From: a virus
Length of the DNA: 64,000 bases
IMG/VR virus record: IMGVR_UViG_3300033149_003115
Span: 32,001-96,000 of that record
Reading direction: 5' to 3' (one strand)
Shown piece by piece: positions 48,200-57,202 of the stretch (its first letter is position 1; every line of letters starts with the position of its first letter). The notes under the pieces are model-generated. The model was not told where the DNA came from. It saw nothing but the letters and a program-made list of their open reading frames with translations, and did not search any database. Position numbers and translations under genes: made by a program.

Positions 48200-49182
48200 G
48201 AGTGCTCATCACTGGATCATCTGGCTTCATAGGGTCCAGGCTAGCTAGGCTCTTCTGTGACAACCATGATGTCTTGTCTGTGGATATCTTGAGATACCCA
48301 TTTGAGCATCCAAGACTACATCACTTAAGAGAGGACTTTGTTAAATTAAGAGTGAAAGACATAAGAGGAGTGGACATTATTTATCACCTAGCAGCTAAGC
48401 TCCCAGTTGATAAGTGCTCTTTTGAGGAGTATTACAGGGTGAACGTGAGAGGGACCAGGGTGTTGCTAGAGAGGAGCCTGGAAGCAGGGGTCAAGAGGTT
48501 TGTCTATGTCTCATCCTCTGCTGTGTATGGGTACCCAAGATCTCCCATCACCGAGGGATCCCTTAGGAGACCAAGAGAGCCTTATGGACTATCAAAGTAC
48601 TATGCTGAGCTGGTGTGTGAGCAGTACAGGAGGGATCATGGTATGGATATCTCCATAGTGAGACCAAGGACGGTGATTGGGAGCAAGAGGCTGGGGATAC
48701 TGTACTTGTTGTTTTACTGGATCAGGAATAACAAACATGTGTACTTGATAGGGGATGGAAGGAATAGATATCAGCTACTGTCCATATGGGATCTGATCAG
48801 AGCCCTGTTCACTCTGAGACACAAAGGGGACTATGAGGACTTTAACCTGGGCACTGACAAGTTCCTCACATTGAGGGAGGACATAGATGATCTTATTCGG
48901 GTAGCTGGATCAAGATCCAGGATAGTGCTCCTGCCATCATTCTCAAAGGTGATGTGTAGGATAGCTGACAGGTTCATCCCCTTAGCCAGGTGGCATTATG
49001 ATCTGATAGATAGGGACTTCTATTTTGATATCTCAAAGGCTAGGGACATGCTGGGATGGATCCCTATACACTCCAACCTTGAGATGCTAGTGGAGGCTTA
49101 CAGGACACTGGATGTCAGTGAGGATCACAGATCCTCTCATTTCTCTCCTGTTGATCTGAGGTTGTTGAGATTACTGCCATGA
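48196..49182 (+). CDS. NAD-dependent epimerase/dehydratase (extended SDR)
   Basis: TGSSGFIG, HLAA, YGLSK. Confidence 0.9.
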   Translation: MRVLITGSSGFIGSRLARLFCDNHDVLSVDILRYPFEHPRLHHLREDFVKLRVKDIRGVDIIYHLAAKLPVDKCSFEEYYRVNVRGTRVLLERSLEAGVKRFVYVSSSAVYGYPRSPITEGSLRRPREPYGLSKYYAELVCEQYRRDHGMDISIVRPRTVIGSKRLGILYLLFYWIRNNKHVYLIGDGRNRYQLLSIWDLIRALFTLRHKGDYEDFNLGTDKFLTLREDIDDLIRVAGSRSRIVLLPSFSKVMCRIADRFIPLARWHYDLIDRDFYFDISKARDMLGWIPIHSNLEMLVEAYRTLDVSEDHRSSHFSPVDLRLLRLLP

Positions 49183-49198
49183 GAGGAGGATGTGAAGA

Positions 49199-50263
49199 AT
49201 GAAGGTGTTGATAGTTCATCCCTCTTTTGGGGTGTATGGAGGAGCTGAGCTTGCTATCTTCTACCTGACCAGGTACCTGAGGAGGAGAGGGGTGATGGTT
49301 GACATTACTACTAATATACTACATTACCAAGTGAGGAGAGATCTTAGAGGACTATGTGGTTTCCATGTGATGTTCAGTGATGATCTGTACCATGGGATAG
49401 CTAAGTATGTCCATGAGCACTATAAGGAGTATGATGTGATAAACATGCATAACCATCCAGCTGAGCTCACTTTGTACCCTCACAAACATCCCTCTGTCTG
49501 GTACGTGAACGAGCCTCCCCAGGATGTCCTGGATGGGAAGGATGTCCATGAGAGTGAGAGGGTGGCTGTGAGGGACACTGTTGGGGAAGTGATCACTAAC
49601 TCTGAGCATAACCAGGATGTTATCAGGAGGGTCTATGGAAGGAGATCCTCCATAGTGAGGTATGGTGTGGATCATGATTTCCTGGACAGGTATGACCTGG
49701 ACAACCCTGTGATCAGAGACCTGGGGATTGATGATGATGACTATGTTATTCTACACTCAGGATGGTGGAACCCCTTCAAGGATCAGGTGTACTCAGTGAG
49801 GGTGTTCAGGAGGTTTAACAAGGTGGTCCCAGGGTCTAAGCTTGTGCTGTCTGGATACAACAAGACTCCATATGCCAGGCTTGTATATGATGCCATCAGG
49901 AGATCTGGGTGTGGGGACAAGATATTAGTCCATGACAGGGTGTCCAAGACAGAGGCTAGGGACCTGTGTGCCAGAGCTGATGTCTTGATCAATCCATGTA
50001 GGGGTCAGGGATCTTTCCTGTCCACGTATGAAGCCATTAGTCTTGGTAAGACTGTGATAGTGAGGGATGATGTCCCAGACATCAGGCTTATCAGGGGACA
50101 TGATCTGTGCATAGTCTCGGATGACTTCTATGAGACATTATTGGATGTGTACAATGGGAGGCTGTGTGTCTCTGGAGATGCCAGGACATGGGTTAGGAAT
50201 AATTTGACATGGGACAAGTATGGGGAAGGTGTGTATAACATCATGAGGGATGTTGTTGGATGA
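49199..50263 (+). CDS. GT4-like glycosyltransferase
   Basis: YGGAE, YGVD, FLSTYEAISLGKTVI. Confidence 0.85.
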   Translation: MKVLIVHPSFGVYGGAELAIFYLTRYLRRRGVMVDITTNILHYQVRRDLRGLCGFHVMFSDDLYHGIAKYVHEHYKEYDVINMHNHPAELTLYPHKHPSVWYVNEPPQDVLDGKDVHESERVAVRDTVGEVITNSEHNQDVIRRVYGRRSSIVRYGVDHDFLDRYDLDNPVIRDLGIDDDDYVILHSGWWNPFKDQVYSVRVFRRFNKVVPGSKLVLSGYNKTPYARLVYDAIRRSGCGDKILVHDRVSKTEARDLCARADVLINPCRGQGSFLSTYEAISLGKTVIVRDDVPDIRLIRGHDLCIVSDDFYETLLDVYNGRLCVSGDARTWVRNNLTWDKYGEGVYNIMRDVVG

Positions 50264-50586
50264 CTAAGGAGAGGACTATACAGGATTTTTGTGTGAAGTG
50301 TGGTAGCTGCTGTAGGAGGTTTGTGTTTAGAACTATCATGGGAGAGAAGGACTATGAGTTCTACAGACATGTGTATAACAATGGCTTTAGAGCCCAACAG
50401 GTTGAGGTGTATTTTCCATCCAGGAACATGATGGATATTGTTATAAAAATACCTTGTAGGTTCCTTGATCCTGTCACCAACAAATGTATGAGCTATGAGA
50501 GCAGACCTGATCTGTGTAGGAGCTATTATTGTAAAAGAGTCAGAGAAGAGTATCAAAGATACAAGGATGGTATGAGGGATGAATAG
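50260..50586 (+). CDS. YkgJ-like cysteine-cluster protein
   Basis: CVKCGSCC...PCRFL...CMSYESRPDLCRSY. Confidence 0.85.
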   Translation: MTKERTIQDFCVKCGSCCRRFVFRTIMGEKDYEFYRHVYNNGFRAQQVEVYFPSRNMMDIVIKIPCRFLDPVTNKCMSYESRPDLCRSYYCKRVREEYQRYKDGMRDE

Positions 50587-51343
50587 TAGGACCAGGAGCA
50601 ACCTTAGGAAAGAGAAACACCTCTTGGATGCTATTGACATTGCATTACGTGATCTAAAGATAAGATATGAGCCATTGTACCACAAATACAACTTCAAGAA
50701 TGAGTGGGGTAAGGGGGTGCCAGACTATGACCTTGGATGTCTTGGTACATTAGAGGCTAAGAACTGGAACTGTGAGCGTTACTGGGTATCAGCTGAGAAG
50801 GCTCTGGAGCAGATAATACATAGGTTCATTGACTATGACAACCCCAAGATGTACTATAATCAAAAATACCTGGTGATATCCAGACCAAGGTGGATCAATC
50901 ACACAAGGGAGTTCCTCATAGCACATGGTATTAACATCATAGAGCTTGGGTATTTCGTGGATGAGGACAACATTGACAAGGCGTCTAAGGACATAAAGGA
51001 CAAGCTGGGTGAGTACATCAAGGCATCTAGTCAGAGATCCCAGTGTGAGATCAGGATCTTTCCAACCTATCCAGTCAAGGACACCCTGACTTACTCCTTC
51101 AATTACTCATCCAGCCTCGACATGCCTGATCACATGAGACATGAAAGCTGTGTTGGTCTCTCTAGACACATACCCTTGTCACATAGACCTCCTTTTTACT
51201 GGACACCCATATCAAGTGCTAGATATATTAAAGGTTATAATACTGGATATATTATTGGATATATTACATACCCAACCAATGATCCTACCTGTCCTGGAGA
51301 TCATTCTCACTTGTTACTGTCTAAGAAAAGTGATAAAGGATGA
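50579..51343 (+). CDS. PD-(D/E)xK nuclease-fold protein
   Basis: GVPDY...LEAKNW. Confidence 0.55.
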   Translation: MNSRTRSNLRKEKHLLDAIDIALRDLKIRYEPLYHKYNFKNEWGKGVPDYDLGCLGTLEAKNWNCERYWVSAEKALEQIIHRFIDYDNPKMYYNQKYLVISRPRWINHTREFLIAHGINIIELGYFVDEDNIDKASKDIKDKLGEYIKASSQRSQCEIRIFPTYPVKDTLTYSFNYSSSLDMPDHMRHESCVGLSRHIPLSHRPPFYWTPISSARYIKGYNTGYIIGYITYPTNDPTCPGDHSHLLLSKKSDKG

Positions 51344-51445
51344 CCAGTAGAAGCAAGATAAGATGTCCAAGGTGTGGATCCAAGAAGATCAAGAAGCTGA
51401 ACTATGTGTACCAATGTAGGGTATGCAAGGAGATCTGGAGCAAGG

Positions 51446-52333
51446 CTAGTCACTAGTCATCTTGTAGACCAGGTTGTACCTCATCCCTCTAGAGAACAGT
51501 CTCTCCCTGATAACGCTCACTGGAGTCATCCTACCTGGATCTATCCTCTTTACACCTGATATACTGGTCCTCTTGTTGAACAAGGCTCTGTCCACATAAG
51601 ATAATATGTCATCAAGCTCATCTGGGAACCTGGAGAAGCAGACAATGGTGAGGTCTAGATAATACTCCCCTATTCTCTTGTCTATCCATCTCTGGTTGAA
51701 CCCTCTCCCCAAGATATCTATGGCTAGTCTTGGGAATGAGTGGAGAGACAGATCATCCCTGGGATAATCAACATATATCCAGCCTGGAGTGGATACATCA
51801 AAGTAGAGATCAACATCTAAGCTACCCCAGGGTCCTCCAGAATCCCTGTACAATGCCGTTCCCATCCAGTAGTCACTATCCACCGTGTTCTTACCTATGG
51901 TGTAATAGTCAGTAGCAGACACTGAGCTCTTAGGCTCAACGACTATCCAGTATGTCTTGTTAGATCCCAGCATGGATGATATTGGAACATTGACAGTGTA
52001 GGGGCTCAGGATAGTGGGAACTGATCCCACAGATATGGAGTGAGATCCCAGGGTGGATCCTGATGGTTGATCATCACTGGATGATTGTAAGGACACCACT
52101 ATTCCCTGGTCTGGAGATCCATATCTCCTCAGCTTAAGAGTAATCGGAACTGTCCCAGAGTAAGGATCAGTCTTTCTGTAGAACTTGGAGTATGGGATAA
52201 AGGACTGAGCTATGTCTATTGTGGATGTAGCTGATAAGGTGTGCTCTGTGTCTCCACTTAAACACTCAGGGTATAGCCTGAGCCTCAAGGTGTCCTGTAT
52301 AGCACTCTTTAGAGCATTTAAGCTGAACACCAA
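51446..52333 (-). CDS. tail terminator/completion-like protein with inserted beta-sandwich domain
   Basis: WIYVDYPR...FPRLAI; insert AQSF...TYWIVV...DLYF; neck-gene position. Confidence 0.5.
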   Translation of the reverse strand: MVFSLNALKSAIQDTLRLRLYPECLSGDTEHTLSATSTIDIAQSFIPYSKFYRKTDPYSGTVPITLKLRRYGSPDQGIVVSLQSSSDDQPSGSTLGSHSISVGSVPTILSPYTVNVPISSMLGSNKTYWIVVEPKSSVSATDYYTIGKNTVDSDYWMGTALYRDSGGPWGSLDVDLYFDVSTPGWIYVDYPRDDLSLHSFPRLAIDILGRGFNQRWIDKRIGEYYLDLTIVCFSRFPDELDDILSYVDRALFNKRTSISGVKRIDPGRMTPVSVIRERLFSRGMRYNLVYKMTSD

Positions 52334-52334
52334 T

Positions 52335-52748
52335 CTAGGATCCCCTCAATATCTCCTTTATCCTGGTATACACGTTATTCACCAGGTTGTCCCTATTGCT
52401 ACTCAGTATGCTCTCTAGATCCTCTCTACTAACCCATCCAGCTTTCTTCATAGGTTTGATGTATTTCCAGTAGGGACATCTGAAAGCTCTCCACATGAAC
52501 ACAGCCTTCCTCCTCTTCACCTCCTCCTCAGGGTACTCCCTGGTAGAAGGAATAATATAAGTAGTCATGGACTGTACATCCGTCTCTACCACATATTCTT
52601 TATCCCCCATCTCATTTATCTGATCAGCTATGGGAGCAGATCCATCATGCATACCAATAACAGCTTTGTCCTTTATTCTGTTATTTAGATCTTTAAAGAA
52701 CCTAAGTGCATCTCGTACTCCACTAATTTCTATAGTTATTAAAGTCAT
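52335..52748 (-). CDS. putative tail completion protein (HK97 gp10-like)
   Basis: IEISGVRDAL N-terminus; synteny. Confidence 0.5.
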   Translation of the reverse strand: MTLITIEISGVRDALRFFKDLNNRIKDKAVIGMHDGSAPIADQINEMGDKEYVVETDVQSMTTYIIPSTREYPEEEVKRRKAVFMWRAFRCPYWKYIKPMKKAGWVSREDLESILSSNRDNLVNNVYTRIKEILRGS

Positions 52749-52755
52749 CTCTTGA

Positions 52756-53130
52756 TCACACTCCAGTAGATGTCTTTCTTAGTATAACCTCTTTATAGGC
52801 AACGGTGTTAAGCTCATAATGTTTGATGATCTCCACCACCTCAGTTTCTATCCCATCATTTAATATCACCCTATCATTGACATCGATATCAATGTTGGAC
52901 TTAAAACATCCAGAGTAGTCCCCATCCACTCTATACCCTACTATATCCCATATCTCCCTTAATCCTCCAAATGGTATTATCCAGGCTCTGGTGCTTATTG
53001 TATCATAGTAGGACTCATCCACGACCTGGTTATCATCGTCCAGTGTGAACGTGTGTCTATGGATCTTGACACTCTGACCATAAGTGTCTATCAGCTTCCC
53101 AACATGCCAGTTGGTCTCCATAGCACTCAT
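52756..53130 (-). CDS. head closure protein
   Basis: Beta-rich, IDVNDRV motif; synteny after the adaptor. Confidence 0.55.
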   Translation of the reverse strand: MSAMETNWHVGKLIDTYGQSVKIHRHTFTLDDDNQVVDESYYDTISTRAWIIPFGGLREIWDIVGYRVDGDYSGCFKSNIDIDVNDRVILNDGIETEVVEIIKHYELNTVAYKEVILRKTSTGV

Positions 53131-53132
53131 GT

Positions 53133-53804
53133 TTACATCCTCCTCCTATGTAAGGTCATGTCAGAGCTGGTCTTCTTGACATGATAGTGGGACTTAACCA
53201 GTGACATCATCTCGTAGTATTTGTCTAAGTACTCATTATATGGTTTTGTGTAATGTCTAAAGGTGATGGGACCTCTCCTAACACTGTCAGGTAAGACAGT
53301 GAACTTCTGTACACAGAACAGGAAAGCTGCCAGGTAAGCACATGCTACCTTGATGAGATCCCAGTTCAGATCATCCTCCAGGGTGTAGGAATAGTCAATA
53401 GTGATCATCTCTACACTCCCAGGAGGAGCTGATGTCAACACTATCTGACCATCTCTACTATACACCGTATCCACACCAACAGAGCTCTTAGTGGAGGGAT
53501 CTTCCTTGTCAGTCCAGGTCCAGACAGTGACATCAGCAGATCCCACAGTTCCCCTATCACCACTCACATCAGCTATTGGGTAGTTACTAACAGAGAATGT
53601 GGTGTTAGATCCATCTATGTCTCCTACTGGTTCCTCATCTTTGACAGAAATAGTGAGATCCTCAATTATCATCTGAGTGGCTATGTCAATAAACTCACCT
53701 AGCTCACTATCAGACACATCGCTCTCAGTTAACCCTGTCAAGGTCCTTACCTCTGAGACTGTGGCATAAGGCATTTCATCACTCTCTAATAATAATAAAG
53801 ACAC
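53133..53804 (-). CDS. head-tail adaptor
   Basis: MPYATVSEVR start, IKVACAYLAA; follows the MCP. Confidence 0.65.
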   Translation of the reverse strand: MSLLLLESDEMPYATVSEVRTLTGLTESDVSDSELGEFIDIATQMIIEDLTISVKDEEPVGDIDGSNTTFSVSNYPIADVSGDRGTVGSADVTVWTWTDKEDPSTKSSVGVDTVYSRDGQIVLTSAPPGSVEMITIDYSYTLEDDLNWDLIKVACAYLAAFLFCVQKFTVLPDSVRRGPITFRHYTKPYNEYLDKYYEMMSLVKSHYHVKKTSSDMTLHRRRM

Positions 53805-53830
53805 TCCACTCTCTTATTAAATTATAGCAT

Positions 53831-53868
53831 AAAAAAGATAACGTCTATTGGAGAACCCTCCAATAGAC
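53831..53868 (-). terminator. hairpin terminator after major capsid gene
   Basis: 11-bp perfect stem (53843-53853/53858-53868), 4-nt loop, T6 on the minus strand. Confidence 0.7.
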
Positions 53869-53902
53869 AAAGCTCATCTACTTCAAACCAGCACTACACG
53901 GC

Positions 53903-54967
53903 TCAAGCAGCTGGATACTCGTAGTCAGAAGACTGAGCATTCACAACTGCACCAACTGCCAGTGAGTCAGCTACTCCGAAGTTACGCTCAGCCCAGAAGT
54001 GGTACCAGACTGAGTCATAGTCAGGCTTGTCCTCTCTAACCCCACTTAGATCTCTCTTACGGACATCGTACCCTAGTCTCTTACTATCAACCACAAAGGC
54101 ATTCCCCTGTGGAGCTCTGGAGCTAGTGACAACCTTCATACCAAAGATCTTCCCTATTTCAGCATTCATGAGAGCCTCATTTGAGCCATAAGCTGACACA
54201 TCCACGAACTTGACATTAGGATCAAAGAGCAGGGAAGCTAGGTCAGCATCATTTATGATCAACACATCAGGCTTTCTATGCTTAGCCACAAGCTTAGATC
54301 TGACCCTTAATATGTCCTTAGCAGACAGGGATCCAGCAGAGCTAGCACCAACCCACAATGTGGTTGAGCTAAGATAGTCTGAGTAGACTGATGTGATAGT
54401 AGCTGCCGTCACAGACCCAGTGAGTGTGACCTTACCAGTATCATACTCAACAGAGCTGATAGTGGCACTGGATGGAACATCAGTTATCTTGATGACTGGA
54501 GTGTTGGGGAATGTCCCAAGTGACCCAGTGGCTACAGTACATGTCTGAGTAGTCAAGTCAAGCATCACGGTCTGAGCCACATCATCAAGCACCTCAGCCC
54601 ATTCCAGACCTGCTTCATAGATGTGATCCTTGATCACATCTCTCATAGCCTGCTCCAGTGCTTCATTTGTGAACTCTAACCTGATCCCAGACTTGGTGAC
54701 AGTCACAGTCACAGCATCATACGTGAAGCTAGAAGAAGCAATAGTGGCTCCAGGTGATGCTCCCCATGTGACAGATATCCCAGTGCCTTTCTTAGGAAAC
54801 TGGATCTGTCTTGGAGTGTTAGGTCTTTTAAGATCCTCATTAGGCTTAAAGAGCTGAGCAAAGACCACTTCTCCCCTAGCAACCTCTTCTATGGTGTCAG
54901 CTATAGCCTTACCAGTGATAGCTGCTACATCAGCAGTTCCAAGTGCTAGTTCCTCTATAGATTTCAT
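53903..54967 (-). CDS. HK97-fold major capsid protein (copy 1)
   Basis: IQFPK, GIRLEFTNEALE, EIGKIFGMKVV; own promoter, RBS and terminator. Confidence 0.85.
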   Translation of the reverse strand: MKSIEELALGTADVAAITGKAIADTIEEVARGEVVFAQLFKPNEDLKRPNTPRQIQFPKKGTGISVTWGASPGATIASSSFTYDAVTVTVTKSGIRLEFTNEALEQAMRDVIKDHIYEAGLEWAEVLDDVAQTVMLDLTTQTCTVATGSLGTFPNTPVIKITDVPSSATISSVEYDTGKVTLTGSVTAATITSVYSDYLSSTTLWVGASSAGSLSAKDILRVRSKLVAKHRKPDVLIINDADLASLLFDPNVKFVDVSAYGSNEALMNAEIGKIFGMKVVTSSRAPQGNAFVVDSKRLGYDVRKRDLSGVREDKPDYDSVWYHFWAERNFGVADSLAVGAVVNAQSSDYEYPAA

Positions 54968-55012
54968 CTTAATCCTCCTCTAATTGTATGTTAATTATTA
55001 TGTGTGATGAGA

Positions 55013-55020
55013 TATATAAA
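55013..55020 (-). promoter_or_regulatory. archaeal TATA box upstream of MCP copy 1
   Basis: TTTATATA on the minus strand about 45 nt upstream of the ATG; GAGGAGG RBS. Confidence 0.6.
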
Positions 55021-55025
55021 GAGTG

Positions 55026-55385
55026 TCATATCTCCTTGTACCTAATGACATAGAATATCTTGGAGCCAACTGATACATCTGACCATGTGATCACAATACC
55101 CTCATCAACATCTCCATCAATCCTGACCTCTGGCAATGTAAGTCCCTGGAACTTGGAGCAGTATAGCTTTGCTAGGATCTTACCACTATTGCTATACTTA
55201 GCCTCTACATCCCCAGCACTGCTATCTGAGAATATATACACTCCTCGTGTACTGATCAGCCTACCCTTCCCTGGAGTAAGGACAGTGATGGGAGAAGACT
55301 CAGTAGATGTATCTATCTCATCAGAAACACTGCTCTCAGAGCTCATTACATCTACCATCGAGGATGGCTTAGGTCTTTCTCCCAT
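55026..55385 (-). CDS. putative virion decoration/structural protein
   Basis: Beta-rich ORF between the two capsid genes. Confidence 0.5.
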   Translation of the reverse strand: MGERPKPSSMVDVMSSESSVSDEIDTSTESSPITVLTPGKGRLISTRGVYIFSDSSAGDVEAKYSNSGKILAKLYCSKFQGLTLPEVRIDGDVDEGIVITWSDVSVGSKIFYVIRYKEI

Positions 55386-55602
55386 TGCTGATCATCAATT
55401 AATAACAGGAGCATTATCTATAAACTTTACTAGAAATAAGCAACAGATCTGATCTATTTCTTACAAGGTAATCTCTAGAGCCTGATCCCCAGACTCAATA
55501 TGATAGGAATATTCTGAGATCGTGTAGTTTGTTTCTTATCCTCATCTTGAGGGTACTACCCATTGAAACATCAAGATAGTCTCATCCCAAGCTGGACATC
55601 AT

Positions 55603-56679
55603 CTATAGGCTTGCAGCTCCATATTCTCCCTGCTTGGCATTCACTATCACTCCTATGGCATTATCATCAGATACAGCCATCTCCCTCTCAGCCCAGAAGT
55701 GATAGAATACACTATCATAGTCAGGCTTGATCTCCTCATTTCCATCAAGGTCCCTCTTGATCACATCATACCCCAGTCTACTGGAGTCCACTAGTATCCC
55801 AACTCCCTCAGGGACATTGGCAGAGCTCACTACTTTGAGATCCACTATCTGTCCCAGCTCTCCATTGAGCTTGTCATCCTTACCAGCATATAGCCTCTCA
55901 TGTACAAACAAGGTCTGAGTGTCTGGATCGTATAGCAAGGTGGTGACCTCTGATGGATGTACCAGCAACACATCAGGGTGAATAGAGTTACTGATCAGGG
56001 TACTCCTAAGGTTCAAGACATCCCATATCTTGAGGTATTGCTTGGTGTTAGCATCCAGGTAAAACCCATTGCTCCTACATCTATCTGAATATAAGAAAGT
56101 CAGAGTACCAGATGATATAGATGATGTGAGCAACACCTTACCACTATAATAATCAACAGAGCTAACAGTGGCTCCTGATGGCACAGATGATATGCTAATA
56201 ACAGGGGTCAAGGTGGTACTACCCAGAGTACCCCCAGACCATGATGTTATGCTCCCAGTCTTTAGATCCAGGGCTATGGTCTGAGCCCGCTTATCAAGCT
56301 CATCAGCATATTTCTTCCCTACCATGTACACAGCATCTTTCAATAGATCCCTGGCTGTTGACTCTAACACCTCCTTGGGTATTTCTAGTCTAACACCAAA
56401 CTTAGCAACATCAACAGTCAGAGCATCATATGAGAATGAGGATGGGGGCAATGTGGTGTTCTCCCCAACATCAGATGACACTACAATATTGTCCTCAAGC
56501 TTGGGGATCTCCAGTCTCCTGCCTGGACTCCTCAAGAAGTCCTTGTTCTCTCTAAAGAGCTGAGTAAAGACTACTTCATTCCTAGCAACATCATCTATAG
56601 TCTTAGCTATCACCTTTGGAGTAATAGCCTGGACATCAGCTGTCCCCAGTGCCAGCTCCACTATCTCCTTACTATTCAT
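55603..56679 (-). CDS. HK97-fold capsid protein paralog (copy 2)
   Basis: Colinear with copy 1: ELALGTADV, SSFSYDA, KPDYDSV.YHFWAER. Confidence 0.85.
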   Translation of the reverse strand: MNSKEIVELALGTADVQAITPKVIAKTIDDVARNEVVFTQLFRENKDFLRSPGRRLEIPKLEDNIVVSSDVGENTTLPPSSFSYDALTVDVAKFGVRLEIPKEVLESTARDLLKDAVYMVGKKYADELDKRAQTIALDLKTGSITSWSGGTLGSTTLTPVISISSVPSGATVSSVDYYSGKVLLTSSISSGTLTFLYSDRCRSNGFYLDANTKQYLKIWDVLNLRSTLISNSIHPDVLLVHPSEVTTLLYDPDTQTLFVHERLYAGKDDKLNGELGQIVDLKVVSSANVPEGVGILVDSSRLGYDVIKRDLDGNEEIKPDYDSVFYHFWAEREMAVSDDNAIGVIVNAKQGEYGAASL

Positions 56680-56685
56680 TTACTC

Positions 56686-56928
56686 TTACCTCCTGGTGGG
56701 TGGGACTCTCCTGAAGTGCTCTATAGCCCAGTCAGCAGCTACCTTGCTCTTCTCATCAGGGCTACTGGCACTAGAGAGACTCTGGGATATCACCCTCTCC
56801 TTTCTAAGCTCTTCCACCTCATGCTTAAGTCCCTTCATACCCTCTTCTAGCTCCTTCACCTTTTTAGCAAGATCATCCATCTTCTGTAGCTTCTCTAGTA
56901 AGCTCAACATTGTACTCACATCACTCAT
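56686..56928 (-). CDS. small coiled-coil scaffold-like protein
   Basis: Heptads; C-terminal AADWAIEHFRRVPPTRR. Confidence 0.6.
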   Translation of the reverse strand: MSDVSTMLSLLEKLQKMDDLAKKVKELEEGMKGLKHEVEELRKERVISQSLSSASSPDEKSKVAADWAIEHFRRVPPTRR

Positions 56929-56942
56929 GTCATCTCACCTCT

Positions 56943-57200
56943 CTAGATCACCCTTCTCTCAGGTGGTTCCCTCTTAAAGTGTAGTATAGCCATCTCAGCT
57001 GCATTGTCTAGCAGAGGCTCCATCTTCTTCTTCTTCCTCATCTTCTCCTTCTCAAGATGCTCAAGTGCACTCAGGGTATGGAACTTAGGCTTGTCATCCT
57101 GTGACAAGCTCACATTTTCTCCTCTTAGATCCTGGACATCCTTCTCCAGCTTACTTAGACGACTTAGTATTTCCCTCACCAAGCTTTCCAGGTTAGACAC
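56943..57200 (-). CDS. small coiled-coil scaffold-like protein (paralog)
   Basis: C-terminal AAEMAILHFKREPPERR. Confidence 0.6.
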   Translation of the reverse strand: MSNLESLVREILSRLSKLEKDVQDLRGENVSLSQDDKPKFHTLSALEHLEKEKMRKKKKMEPLLDNAAEMAILHFKREPPERRVI

Positions 57201-57202
57201 TT

